This document shows positions 12,190 to 23,980 of a stretch of DNA of 64,000 nt, piece by piece (the first letter of the stretch is position 1; the number at the start of each line of letters is the position of its first letter). The notes beneath the pieces were generated by a model. It saw only the letters and a program-made list of their open reading frames with translations, was not told the DNA's origin and searched no databases. The position numbers and the translations under genes were made by a program. This DNA is from Chiloscyllium plagiosum (lineage: Eukaryota), in assembly GCF_004010195.1 (NCBI RefSeq), contig NC_057752.1, positions 4,541,738-4,605,737 on the forward strand, read 5' to 3'.

Positions 12190-13390
12190 GGTCATAGGGA
12201 TATACAGCGCAGAAACAGACCCTTCGGTCCAACCCGTCCATGCCGACCAGATATCCCAACCTAATCTAGTCCCACCTGCCAGCACCCGACCCATATCCCT
12301 CCAAACCCTTCCTATTCATATACCCATCCAAATGCCTTTTAAATATTGTCATTGTACCAGCCTCCACCACATCCTCTGGCAGCTCATTCCATACACGTAC
12401 CACCCTCTGTGTGAAAAGGTTGCCCCTTAGGTCCTTTTTTAATCTTTCCCCTCTCACCCTAAACCTATGCCCCTCTAGTTCTGGACTCCCCGACCCCANN
12501 NNNNNNNNNNNNNNNNNNNNNNNNNNNNNNNNNNNNNNNNNNNNNNNNNNNNNNNNNNNNNNNNNNNNNNNNNNNNNNNNNNNNNNNNNNNNNNNNNNNN
12601 NNNNNNNNNNNNNNNNNNNNNNNNNNNNNNNNNNNNNNNNNNNNNNNNNNNNNNNNNNNNNNNNNNNNNNNNNNNNNNNNNNNNNNNNNNNNNNNNNNNN
12701 NNNNNNNNNNNNNNNNNNNNNNNNNNNNNNNNNNNNNNNNNNNNNNNNNNNNNNNNNNNNNNNNNNNNNNNNNNNNNNNNNNNNNNNNNNNNNNNNNNNN
12801 NNNNNNNNNNNNNNNNNNNNNNNNNNNNNNNNNNNNNNNNNNNNNNNNNNNNNNNNNNNNNNNNNNNNNNNNNNNNNNNNNNNNNNNNNNNNNNNNNNNN
12901 NNNNNNNNNNNNNNNNNNNNNNNNNNNNNNNNNNNNNNNNNNNNNNNNNNNNNNNNNNNNNNNNNNNNNNNNNNNNNNNNNNNNNNNNNNNNNNNNNNNN
13001 NNNNNNNNNNNNNNNNNNNNGTGAAAAGGTTGCCCCTTAGGTCCTTTTTTAATCTTTCCCCTCTCACCCTAAACCTATGCCCCTCTAGTTCTGGACTCCC
13101 CGACCCCAAGGAAAAGACCTTGTCTATTTACCCTATCCAAGCCCTTCATGATTTTGTAAACCTCTATATGGTCACCCCTCAGCCTCCGACGCTCCAGGGA
13201 AAACAGCCTCAGCCTGTTCAGTCTCTCCCTACAGCTCAAATCCTCCCACCCTGGCAACATCCTTGTAAATCTTTTCACAACATCCTTCCTGCAGCAGGGA
13301 GACCAGAACTGCACACCGTATTCCAACAGTGGCCTAATCAGTGTCCTGTACAGCCGCAACATGTCCTCCCAGCTCCTGTACTCAATACAC
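12190..13390 (-). mobile_element. CR1 LINE 3' fragment spanning an N gap
   Basis: LYRTLIRPLLEYGVQFWSP..RRRLRGD and FTQRVVRVWNELP. Confidence 0.9.
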
Positions 13391-13394
13391 TTAT

Positions 13395-13750
13395 GCAGGG
13401 TATTGATGGGACTACATCAGGAGTACTGTGTACAGTACTGGTCACCGTATTTACAGAAGGATTGTAAGGCATTGGAAGGTTTACGAGACTAATCCCTGGA
13501 ATGAGTGGATTGCCTCCTGAGGAAAGCCTGGACAGGCTAGGCCCTGTGTCCTCTGGAGTTTAGAAGAGACAAGAGTTGACTTAATTGAAACATATAAAGT
13601 CCTGAGGGGACTGGACTGGCTGGATGTGGAAAGGTTGTTTCCTCTTGTGGGTGAATCGAAAACTAGGGTGGAGGGGGGGAGTCACTGTTTAAAAATAAGG
13701 GGGTGCCTATTTAAGACAGAGAAGAGGAAACTTTTCTTTTTCTCCCTGAG
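13395..13750 (+). mobile_element. Older CR1 fragment
   Basis: Diverged gagtactgtgtacagtactggtcacc...gacttaattgaaacatataa. Confidence 0.7.
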
Positions 13751-13825
13751 GCCTGAATCTTTGATTTAAATGATAACGAACAGTAAATGTGAGTAGATGA
13801 GTATCTTTTCGTGCTTGCTTACAAA

Positions 13826-13945
13826 TGGCTGTATGGTGGCTCAGTGGTTAGCACTGCTGCCTCACAGCGCCGGAGACCCGGGTTTGATTCCAGCCTCGGG
13901 TGACCGTCTGTGTGGAGTTTGCACATTCTGCGTGGTTGCTCTGGT
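13826..13945 (+). mobile_element. HE1-type V-SINE, 5' part
   Basis: ggtggctcagtggttagcactgctgcctcacagcgcc...gtggagtttgcacattct (tRNA-like head and V-domain start). Confidence 0.85.
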
Positions 13946-14118
13946 TTAGAACATAGAATAGTACAGGCCCTGTGACCCTTGATGTTGAGATAACCTTTTA
14001 TCCTACTCTAAGATCAGACTAACCTATGTGCCCTTCATTGTACTATCATCCATGTGACTATCCAAGAGTCGCTTAGATGTCCCTAATGTATCTGACTCTA
14101 CTACCACTGCTGGCAAGG

Positions 14119-14466
14119 ACATGCAGGTCCTGGGCCTTAAACATCACCACTCCCTCACCACCCGACGCCTGGAGGAAGAACGTCTCATCTTCCACCATGG
14201 ACCCTCCAACCCCAGGGCATCAATGTGGACTTCACCAGTTTCCTCATTTCCCCTCCCCCCACCTTACCCCAGTTCCAACCTTCCAGCTCAGCACCATCCC
14301 CATGACCTGTCCCACCTGTCAATCTTCCTTCCCACCTATCTGCTCCACCCTCCCCTCCGACTTATCACCTTTACCCCCACCTCCATCTACCTATTGTACT
14401 CCTAGCTACTTTCCCCCAGCCCCACCCCCTCCCATTTAACTCTCCACCCCCCGCGGCTCCCCGCCT
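14119..14466 (+). mobile_element. Penelope-like retroelement 3' fragment (GIY-YIG endonuclease C-terminus and pyrimidine-rich UTR)
   Basis: MQVLGL...RRLEEERLIF then, after a frameshift, GTLQPQGINVDFTSF; typical Penelope endonuclease end. Confidence 0.8.
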
Positions 14467-14546
14467 NNNNNNNNNNNNNNNNNNNNNNNNNNNNNNNNNN
14501 NNNNNNNNNNNNNNNNNNNNNNNNNNNNNNNNNNNNNNNNNNNNNN

Positions 14547-16030
14547 ATGTTCCACATCCCTTGTCACCCAAGGTTCCTTCACTCTACCATCCCTTCCTTG
14601 CCTCAGTGGGACAAACATATCCAGCACTATTAGCAAGTGCTTCCTAATTAATCTCCACATTTCTGTCGTACATTTCCCTGAGAACAATTTGTTCCCAATT
14701 CAGGTGCCCCAGTTCCTGCCTAATAACATCATAATTCCCGCTCCACCAATTAAATACTTTCCCATACCGTCTGCTCCTATCCCTCTCCATGACTATAGTA
14801 AAGGTCAGGGAAGTGTGATCACTATCACCAAAATGCTCTCCCACCAAGAGACCTGACACTTGGCCTGGTTTGTTGCCAAGCACCAAATCCAATATGGCCT
14901 CCCCTCCAGTCAGCCTATCTACATATTGAGTTAGGAATCCTTCCTGGACACACCTGACAAAAACTGCTCCAGCCAAACTAAGTAGGTTCCAATCAATATT
15001 TGGAAAGTTAAAGTCATCCATGACAACAACCCTAATACTTCTGCACCTTTCCAAACCTTTCCTCCTGATTTGCTGCTCTCTGTCTCTGTTGTTGTTGCGG
15101 GGCCTGTAGAAAACTCCCAATAAAGTGACTGCTCCTTTCCTGTTTCTGACTGCCACCCATCCTGACTCTGTAGACAAACCTTCCTCAACCCCCTACCTTT
15201 CTGTAGATGTGACACTATCCCTGGTTAGCAAGGCCACACCCCCACCTCTTTTAACTCCCCCTCTATTCCTTTTCAAACATCTAAACCCTGGAAGTTCCAA
15301 CAACCATTCCTGTCCCTGATATATCTAAGTCTCTGTAATGTCCACAACATCGTAGCTTCCAGTACTGATCTGTGTTCTATGTTCATCACCCTTATTCCTG
15401 ACACTTCTTGCATTAAAATAGACACACTTCAACCCACTACACTGACTGTAGCTTTGCCCTATCAACTGTCTATCCTTCCTCACAGATTGTCTGCACGCTT
15501 TATCTGCCTGTTCACCAGCTACCCCATCCTCTGATCCGTAGGTTCGGTTCCCATCCCCCCTGCCAACCTAGTTTAAACCTTCCCAAAGAGCTTGAGCAAA
15601 CCTCCTGCCCAGGATATTGGTGCCCCTCTGGTTCAGGTACAACCCATCCTTCTTGTACAGCTCCCACCTTTCCCAGAAGGTATCCCAATGATCCACATAT
15701 CTGAAGCCCTCCCTCCTACAACAGCCCTGCAGCCACGTGTTCGTCTGCACTCGCTCTCTATTCCTAACCTCACTAGCCCATGGCACCGGTAACAACCCTG
15801 AGATTACTACTCTGCTCGTCCTGCCTTTTAGCTTCTAACCTAACTCCCTATATTCTCTTTTCGGGTCCCCCTCCCTTTCCATACCCATGTCATTGGTACC
15901 GATGTGTATTGGCTGCTGTCCCTCCCCTTTAAGAATCCTGTAGACTCGATCCAAGACTTGTCTGGCCCTGGCACCCAGGAGGCAACATACCATCCAGGAG
16001 TCTTGTTGGCAGCCACAGAATCTCCCACTG
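14547..16030 (-). mobile_element. CR1 LINE ORF1 end and ORF2 endonuclease fragment
   Basis: HIGTND, KDGLYLN, GVFYRP, DFNFPNIDW, ILDLVLGN and GDSDH motifs. Confidence 0.92.
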
Positions 16031-16182
16031 TCCAAAGGTTAGCCTTGCTAAATTGTCGCATAGTGTGTGTGTGTGTCAGCTAGGTGGGTTAGCCATGGGA
16101 AATGCAGACACCAGAGGAAGTGGTGGAGGCTGGGACAATTACAGCATTCAAAAGGTATCTGGATGAGTATATGAATAGGAAG

Positions 16183-16485
16183 GGGGTGGCCCAGTGGTTA
16201 GCAGTGCTGTCTCACAGCGCCAGGGACCTGGGTTCGATCCCAGCCTCGGGCGACTGGAGTTTGCACATTCTCCCCGTGTCTGTGTGGGTTCCCTCCGGGT
16301 GCTCCGGTTTCCTTCCACAGCCCAAAGCAGTGCAGGTTAGGGTGGATTGGCCATGCTAAATTACCCCGCATTAGTCAGAGGGAAATTGTAGGGAAATGGG
16401 TCTGGGGTGGGTTACTCTTTGGAGGGTCGGCGTGGATTTGTTGGCCCGATGGGCCTGTTTCCACACTGTAGGGGAATCTAATCTA
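16183..16485 (+). mobile_element. HE1-type V-SINE
   Basis: A/B boxes, V-domain ggagtttgcacattctccccgtgtctg..gggtttcc, CR1-derived tail. Confidence 0.9.
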
Positions 16486-19089
16486 AACATCTCTGTGACT
16501 CTATACCGGGATAAGGTGTAGGTCTGGGTGGGGAGGGTCAATGGGCCGAATGGCCTGCTCCCACTCTGCAGGGATTCGATGACTGTCATTTGCTGTGTTT
16601 CGTTGCGAACTGGAATCGCGCCTATTCGGCTGGTGTGGCCAGTTCTTAAATCAGCAAATTCTTTTCTTTTTTTTTCTTATAAAGAAGCATTGAAAATGCC
16701 GCAAGTGTCTTAATGTGTTAAGCTGTGGTTTGATGTTGGCCTGGTTCGGAAAAAGTCTGCCAGACATGATACTCGTCAGGAAGGTGCCATTGGGATGGGG
16801 TGGAGAGGCTTTATTACCAACGGAGCAAGGGGCCGCCCCTTAAAGCGAAGCAGCTGGTTTCCCTTTCTGTCCTCCCTCCTAGAAATGGCAGAGCCTGAAG
16901 TGGGAAATGGAGAAACAGCCTGTGTCTGGGGCGAGATCTGCGCTGACAGTCGTTGTGGAAACTCCTCAGCTCTCCACATGTGGGTGTGCACCTCTGCCAG
17001 GTTTTCCAGCTCTCTCTCTCTCTCTCCCCAGTCGGTTGCAGCCACAGTTTGGACGCTGTGAAGCAGATGTGGAGACGGCGGAAATGTTTCTGCACTGACT
17101 CACTCAGTGAGGATTTTGCAGGTCATGTGAAATGTCACACACAGGGCCTCTTGAGGTGGGACAGCACAGTCGCTCAAGGAATCCTTTATTGTCTTGGCAG
17201 AGAGAGAGAGAGAGAGAGACGGATTTGTGTGTCTTGCTGCAGAATGTGCAGTGAACGTAGAAGACCGCCTGATTTATTGGAGAGCCAGGAAATCCCTTGT
17301 TAACCCCTTGCAAGATTATGCCAGCTTCGCATTCAGTTTCTTGAACTGCGGACAAATGTTTGAAGTGACAACTGAGGAAGGGTGGTGTGTGAGAGAACAG
17401 GGGTCTGGAAAAGGACTGCCTGGGAATGTTGGGGGAGGCAGGTTCCATTGAGGCATTCGACAGGGGCATTGGATGGTTAATGGGAGATTGGCACAAGGGG
17501 ATGGAGCCAACACAGACACGATGGGCTGAGTGGCCTCATTCTGTGGCTCAGTAATCCTGCGACGGTACTGTTGTTGAGAGAGTGTCTGTTCTAGCAGGAT
17601 TTGTTTCATTAAAAGTAGTCCAATTCCAAATTGTCCAACATTCTTGTGAATGTAAGTGTACGTTCCAGCGAAAAAGAAAACGGCAGGATCCGGAAAATGA
17701 CTTCAACACAAAGAAACCCAGTTCTGTTCCTGGGGCTGTTTGCTCTGAGAAGCTTGTTTTCCTCCTGTCATTTTTGCATCTCCAAAAGTTAATGAATGGG
17801 GCATCATGGACTCAAAGGTTTCTTCAGATGCTCCTCTGCAAGGGGGTGGTGGGCTTAACTCCAAAGCACTCAACAGAAAGGGAGCAGCATAGACAGAGAA
17901 CTGAGTGAGCTGTTCTGGTGGTCACTACTGTGCCAGGAACAGAACATAGTCCAAGTCCTTCACGTTCCATCACCTGCAATCATAACCCCTAAAATGTGCA
18001 TGTCGTGTCCCAACTCAATGAGAGATCAGCTCAGTCAGGCTGTTAACAGCCACCCTGACCCCACTCATTAATGAGTTTTCCTTCGATGCATTACAAACTA
18101 ATGATGCAGCGTGAGGAAGTGGAAGGGGCACTTGGATTTCAGATGCAATCCTGATACCATTCCACATCATTAACGGAGCCCTTATTTAAGTGTGTCTTGA
18201 GCTGCCCAACATGCGGTATGTGTGTTTAAAAAGAAGAAAAATCCTCGTTACTAACAGAGGAACAAACTCAACCCAACATATGTCAAACTAATAATGGGCA
18301 GGGTGGGCCCAAACGATCTGGATGCACTATATCCTATTATCCTCTGGATACAGGGAATATTCTCCAACTGAGTCGATCTCCTGGGTCGTCTTGCAGATGT
18401 TGGGGGGGAGGGGGTGTGTGAGCAGATTGACTCCATTCAGAGTGAGGGAGGGATTACGTATCTCACAGACTTCCCTCTCTCCGATGACTCTTGGCATTCA
18501 CTGAGAGCTTTGGCACAGAACTCTTCCCCTGCGATAGTGTTTCCATTATTTTAATGCGGTTTTGTTTCCCTGAGCCCAGAGTTTGAAGCACTCTGCTGCG
18601 ATAACCATCTGGAGCCGATTTTAATTTTAAAATTCTCACCCTTGTGATCAAATGCCTCCATGGCCTCGACTCTGATCCTTCTGGCAAATCTCCTTCCGCT
18701 CCACAACCTGGAAAACATTTGGGGTAATTGATTTGAGTTACATATTCTTCAGAATGCACTTTCCGTTCACATACACGACCCTATGTTCACATATTTCACC
18801 GTGTGTGCCCTTGCTTTTTACTGCACCTGGCTTAATGGAGAAACACAAGCGACACGACCAACTGCATCTTGGCAAATATTTGGGTGCAGTTTTTAGAATT
18901 CAGACCCTTTGAAGGCTGTGGATGCTGCATTATTGAACATATTGAAGACTGTGAGATTAATTGCCCTGAGGGAACTGACAAATATGGGAATGGTACAGGA
19001 AGGTGTTGCTGAGGACAATCAGCCAGGATCTTGTTGACTGATGGAGCAGGTTCAAAGGAATCAATTGGTTTCCTCTGGCATCTGATCTT

Positions 19090-20118
19090 AGAGTCATAGA
19101 TGTACAGCATGGAAACAGACCCTTCGGTCCAACCCATCCACACCGACCAGATATCCCAACCCAATCTTGTCCCACCTGCCAGCACCTGGCCCATATCCCT
19201 CCAAACCCTTCCTATTCATATACCCATCCAAATGCCTCTTAAGTGCTGCAATTAAACCAGCCTCCACCACTTCCTCTGGCAGCTCATTCTATACACGTAC
19301 CACCCTCTGTGTGAAAAGGTTGGCCCTTAGGTCTCTTTTATATTTTTCCCCTCTCACCCTAAACCTATGCCTTCTAGTTCTGGACTCCCCAACCCCAGAG
19401 AAAAGACTTTGTCTATTTACCCTATCCGTGCCCCTCATGATTTTATAAACCTCTATAAGGTCACCCCTCAGCCTCCGACCTCCAGGGAAAACAGCCCCAG
19501 CCTGTTCAGCCTCTCCCTGTAGCTCAAATCCTCCAACCCTGGCAACATCCTTGTAAATAAAGGAAAGCATACCAAACGCCTTCTTCACTATCCTATCTAC
19601 CTGTGACTCCACTTTCAAGGAGCTATGTACCCGCACTCCAAGGTCTCTTTGGTCAGCAACGCTCCCTAGGATCTTACCATTAAATGTATAAGTCCTGCTA
19701 AGATTTGCTTTCCCAAAATGCAGCACCTCACATTTATCTAAATTAAACCCTATCTGCTATTCCTCAGCCCATTGGCCCATCTGGTCCAGATCCTGTTGTA
19801 ATCTGAGGTAACCCTCTTTGCTGTCCACTACACCTCCAATTTTGGTGTCATCTGCAAACTTACTAACTGTACCTCTTACGCTCACATCCAAAACATTTAT
19901 ATAAATGACCAAAAGTAGAGGAGCCAGCACAGATCTTTGTGGCACTCCACTGGTCACAGGCCTCCAGTCTGAAAAACAACCCTCCACCACCCTCTGTCTT
20001 CTACCTTTGAGCCAGTTCTGTATCCAAATGGCTAGTTCTCCCTGTATTCCATGAGATCTAACCTTGCTAACCAGTCTCCCATGGGGAACTTTGTTGAATG
20101 CCTTACTGAAGTCCATCT
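19090..20118 (-). mobile_element. CR1 LINE, RT to 3' end
   Basis: MDFSKAFNKVPH, SGVPQRSVL, SKFADDTK. Confidence 0.93.
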
Positions 20119-20685
20119 TGTCTAACGATGAACTATAGTCACCTATAGATCCGATATCACCAATGCATCCAATCACTTCTTCACAGTCTAAAGTAGTCAT
20201 TTCCAATCAGCCTTAACCTTTAGAATTTGGATAATTGAGATAGTGGCTTGATAGCGGTATCTGCTGAAGTGTTTGTCTCTGATGCCACCCAGTGGCCAAA
20301 TACAGGATTGTAGGTGAACTCTGCCACCAGGGGGCAGGGGTGCAGTCAAAGAAGCCATGGGCACTGAGGGCAGTTGTAGTGCCCAACTGCTACTTTGGGG
20401 CTCCCAGGTACTCATTGGACAGACTCAAAGAGCTGCAGGAGAAACCCATTGCAGGAATTTTATTCTAACATACTCCTTGGCCTCTCCATTGATTGTGTAA
20501 TAATGATTTCACTGGAGATAACGCTCCTAATCATTTGGAACCTGAAGAGTTCATTGGACCAGTGCTACCCACTGCCATGTTTTTTTTCTTAAACTTTGGG
20601 TGGTCATTCAATCCAGTCCAAACATTTGTTGTTTTTTGTTTTGCTGACTCTATGTTGTCACGGTTATTGTTATTGTTACAAGGTC

Positions 20686-20825
20686 CCCCCTCATTCCTGA
20701 TGAAGGGCTTATGCCTGAAACGTCGATTCTCCTGCTCCTCGGATGCTGCCTGACCTGCTGTGCTTTTCCAGCACCACTCTAATCTCGACTCTGATCTCCA
20801 GTATCTGCAGTCCTCACTTTCTCCT
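20686..20825 (+). mobile_element. Penelope-derived short element with hammerhead-like core
   Basis: CTGATGAAGGGCTTATGCCTGAAACGTC at 20697-20724; flanked by aggtc direct repeats (20681-20685, 20826-20830). Confidence 0.8.
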
Positions 20826-21957
20826 AGGTCATCCCTCCACCTCCTCTGTGTCATCTTATACAGGAGGAATCTTTCTTGCCTTGAATTACCCTTGTACCTC
20901 AGCATGCTTCCCATAAACTGCTTCAGTGTGCAGTTGTGTAGGTGAATGCAACAACCACTTTGCACACAGCAGGATCCCACAATCAGCAACAAGCTGAAAG
21001 ACCAGTTAATCTACGTTTTCTTCAACTGTTGGTGGAAGGGGGTCTGTCAGCCAAGACACAGGGTAGATCTCCTTTGCTGTTCCTTGAATACTGCTATTGG
21101 GATCTGTCAATGTCCACTTAATTAGCAAGATATGGTCATACTTTGAACGACTCATTCAAAGGGCAGCATTTCTGAAAGTGCAATGCCCTCTTAGTGCTTC
21201 ACGTGGTGTGGAAGACTCGCTCAAGTGTGTGGAGTGGAACTTGGAACCTATTGACTCTATTTGTGGAGGGGATGGTGCTTTCTGACTGGGACAATGTCTG
21301 ACTATTGGAGAACACAAAGAGTCAATTGAGGACCAAACCTGTTGACTTGGCCCTGAGCAGTAAGGCTTAGTGTAACAGCTCTAGTGATAATAAGATGGCT
21401 CACAGTGTGTTAAGCAGATCAGTTAGACAAAAGAGCTGATTGTTGAGCAGTAGGAAAAGCTGCTAATTTCATCCAGCACTAAGACTCATTTATACAACAC
21501 AACTATTCGTTTCTCACTGTGCTGGCCAGTTTCTGAGGCAAGAGGGTGGTCCTTCTGACCCCCGAACAATGTATTTGTTGTTTAACAAGCCATTGAAGCT
21601 CCTAATCCCATTTATAATCGCGGGAATTAAGGCTTTGAACGTGGGCTGTTGGTTGGAGAATTAGTTGCAAGATTTATTGATTTGACCATGACCGTGACCC
21701 ATGTTTCACCTCCAGCACTTTAAACGTTCCAAAGTAATGTTAATAAAATTTAGGCTTCTGCTGCAGGATCTGAGACACACACTGAAAGCAGCTGAGAGCT
21801 TCGAACTGGTTCCCCACAGATCTACAAGCAGCAATTGGACACGTATGTCTATCACCTTCTGCTGCCTGTTTTTAATTTTCTGTCTTGTTCCACAGTCTTT
21901 CACTTCCTCCGAGGGTCAGTTGTGTGGTGGAGCAGTCCCATTCTGTTCTTGCTCCAC

Positions 21958-22330
21958 TGAATCCCTACAGTGTGGAAACATGCCCTTTGGCCCAACAACT
22001 CCACACCGACCCTTCGGAGAGTATCCCACTTAGACCTGCCTAATGCACCTAACCTACACATCCCTGAACACGATGGGCAATTTAGGGTGGCCAATCCACC
22101 CTAACCTGCACACTATGGGGACAATTTAGCATAGCCAATCCACCCTAACCTACACATCCCTGGGCACGATGGGCAATTTAGTATGGCCAATCCACACATC
22201 TTTGGACTGTGGGAGGAAACCCACGCAGAATGTACAAACTCCACATAGACAGTCGCCCGAGGCTGGAATTGAACCCGGGTCCCTGGTGCTGTGAGGCAGC
22301 AGTGCTAACCACTGAGCCACTGTGCCACCC
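21958..22330 (-). mobile_element. HE1-type V-SINE with internal triplication
   Basis: Full head-to-tail SINE; the ctaacct..ggcaatttag..gccaat block occurs three times at ~22049-22195. Confidence 0.9.
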
Positions 22331-23211
22331 ACACAGTGCCTCGAAACAGGTCCTCATCACCTTGGCTTAAACCAACTCCTTCAGCCCTGATTGGAGTCCA
22401 TATCTGTCTTATGCTTTTCAGAACTGGAAAGAAGGATGCGTGTTGATGAACTGGTGCAGAGCATTTACAACACACTGTTTCCTGTGGCTCACACACACAT
22501 GCTCACAACCTGCTTCAGCCAAGTCCACCAGTTTTCTGTTCTCTTCCCTGAACTATGACTCAGTGACTCCCTTCCATTGCACCTTTACGGTTGCAAGTTC
22601 CACATTCTTATAACCATCTGGTTTAAGCCGAACAGAGTGGAGACTGAGTTTATTCAAGGCAGAGTTAGTTTGATTTTTGAAGGACAAGGGAGTCGAGGGT
22701 TGTGGGGGTGGGGGTGGGGGAGGTCAGACAAAATGACAAGAAAGTGGAGTTGGGATCACAACCAAGTTCGCCATAATCTTACCGAATGGCGGAGGGGCCT
22801 CATGGGGCAGTATGGCTGGTTCTAAATCCTTAATTCCCAGAGAAGTGTATTTCCTGGATTAATTTGTAACTATCTTATATTTTGGATTCCCCCAGTTTGA
22901 TTTATACTCCCAGCATCTACCCGACTAAACTGTCGCTATTTTTGATGTAGATTCTGTCAATCACATGTTGTTTAGAGTATGTGTTACTGTATGAAGACCA
23001 AGAGGGTTTTTTTTTAATGACTACTGGACATCTCAAACTGCATTTGAACCAGTGAGGTACTGTTTGAAGAGCAGCCGCTGTTGTAATATAGGGAATATGG
23101 CGGTCAATTTACATACGGCCATATCCTGAAACCAGAACAAAGAACAATACAGCACAGGAACAGGCCCTTCGACCCTCCTAGCCTGCATCCCCCCCCACCC
23201 CCCTCAGAATA

Positions 23212-23980
23212 GAGTCATAGAGATGTACAGCATGGAAACAGACCCTTCGGTCCAACCTGTCCATGCCGACCAGNNNNNNNNNNNNNNNNNNNNNNNNNNN
23301 NNNNNNNNNNNNNNNNNNNNNNNNNNNNNNNNNNNNNNNNNNNNNNNNNNNNNNNNNNNNNNNNNNNNNNNNNNNNNNNNNNNACCTATGCCCTCTAGTT
23401 CTGGACTCCCCGACCCCAGGGAAAAGACTTTGTCTATTTATCCTATCCATGCCCCTCATAATTTTGTAAACCTCTATAAGGTCACCCCTCAGCATCTGAC
23501 CTCCAGGGAAAACAGCCCCAGCCTGTTCAGCCTCTCCCTATAGCTCAGATCCTCCAACCCTGGCAACCTCCTTGTAAATCTTTTCTGAACCCTTTCAAGT
23601 TTCACAACATCTTTCCGATAGGAAGGAGACCAGAATTGCATGCAATATTCCAACAGTGGCCTAACCATCTTGAACCTGTGTCCCCTAGTAACTGACCCCT
23701 CCACCCTGGGGACAAAGCCTCATACTTCCCACTCTATCCACACCTTTCACAATCTTATAAACTTCTATCAGGTCGCCCCTCAACCTCCTGCGTTCCAGTG
23801 AAAACAAACCCAGTCTATCCAACCTTTCTTCATCGCTAAAATCCCCCCCCATACCAGGCAACATCCTGGTAAACCTTTTCTGTCCCCTCTCCCAAAGCCT
23901 CCACATCCTCCTGGTAGTGCGGTGACCAGAACTGTACATGATATTCCAAGTGTGTCCTAACTAAAGTTCTATAAAGCTGC
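23212..23980 (-). mobile_element. Two adjacent CR1 3' fragments
   Basis: Two separate VRPxLEYCxQFWSP / RGDLIEVYK segments. Confidence 0.88.

Noticed and set aside
12411..13108. Tandem duplication of a CR1 segment
   Set aside because: Identical sequence on both sides of an N gap; probably a contig-overlap artefact.
13826..13900. tRNA genes (also at other SINE heads)
   Set aside because: A/B boxes continue into SINE bodies; no complete cloverleaf.
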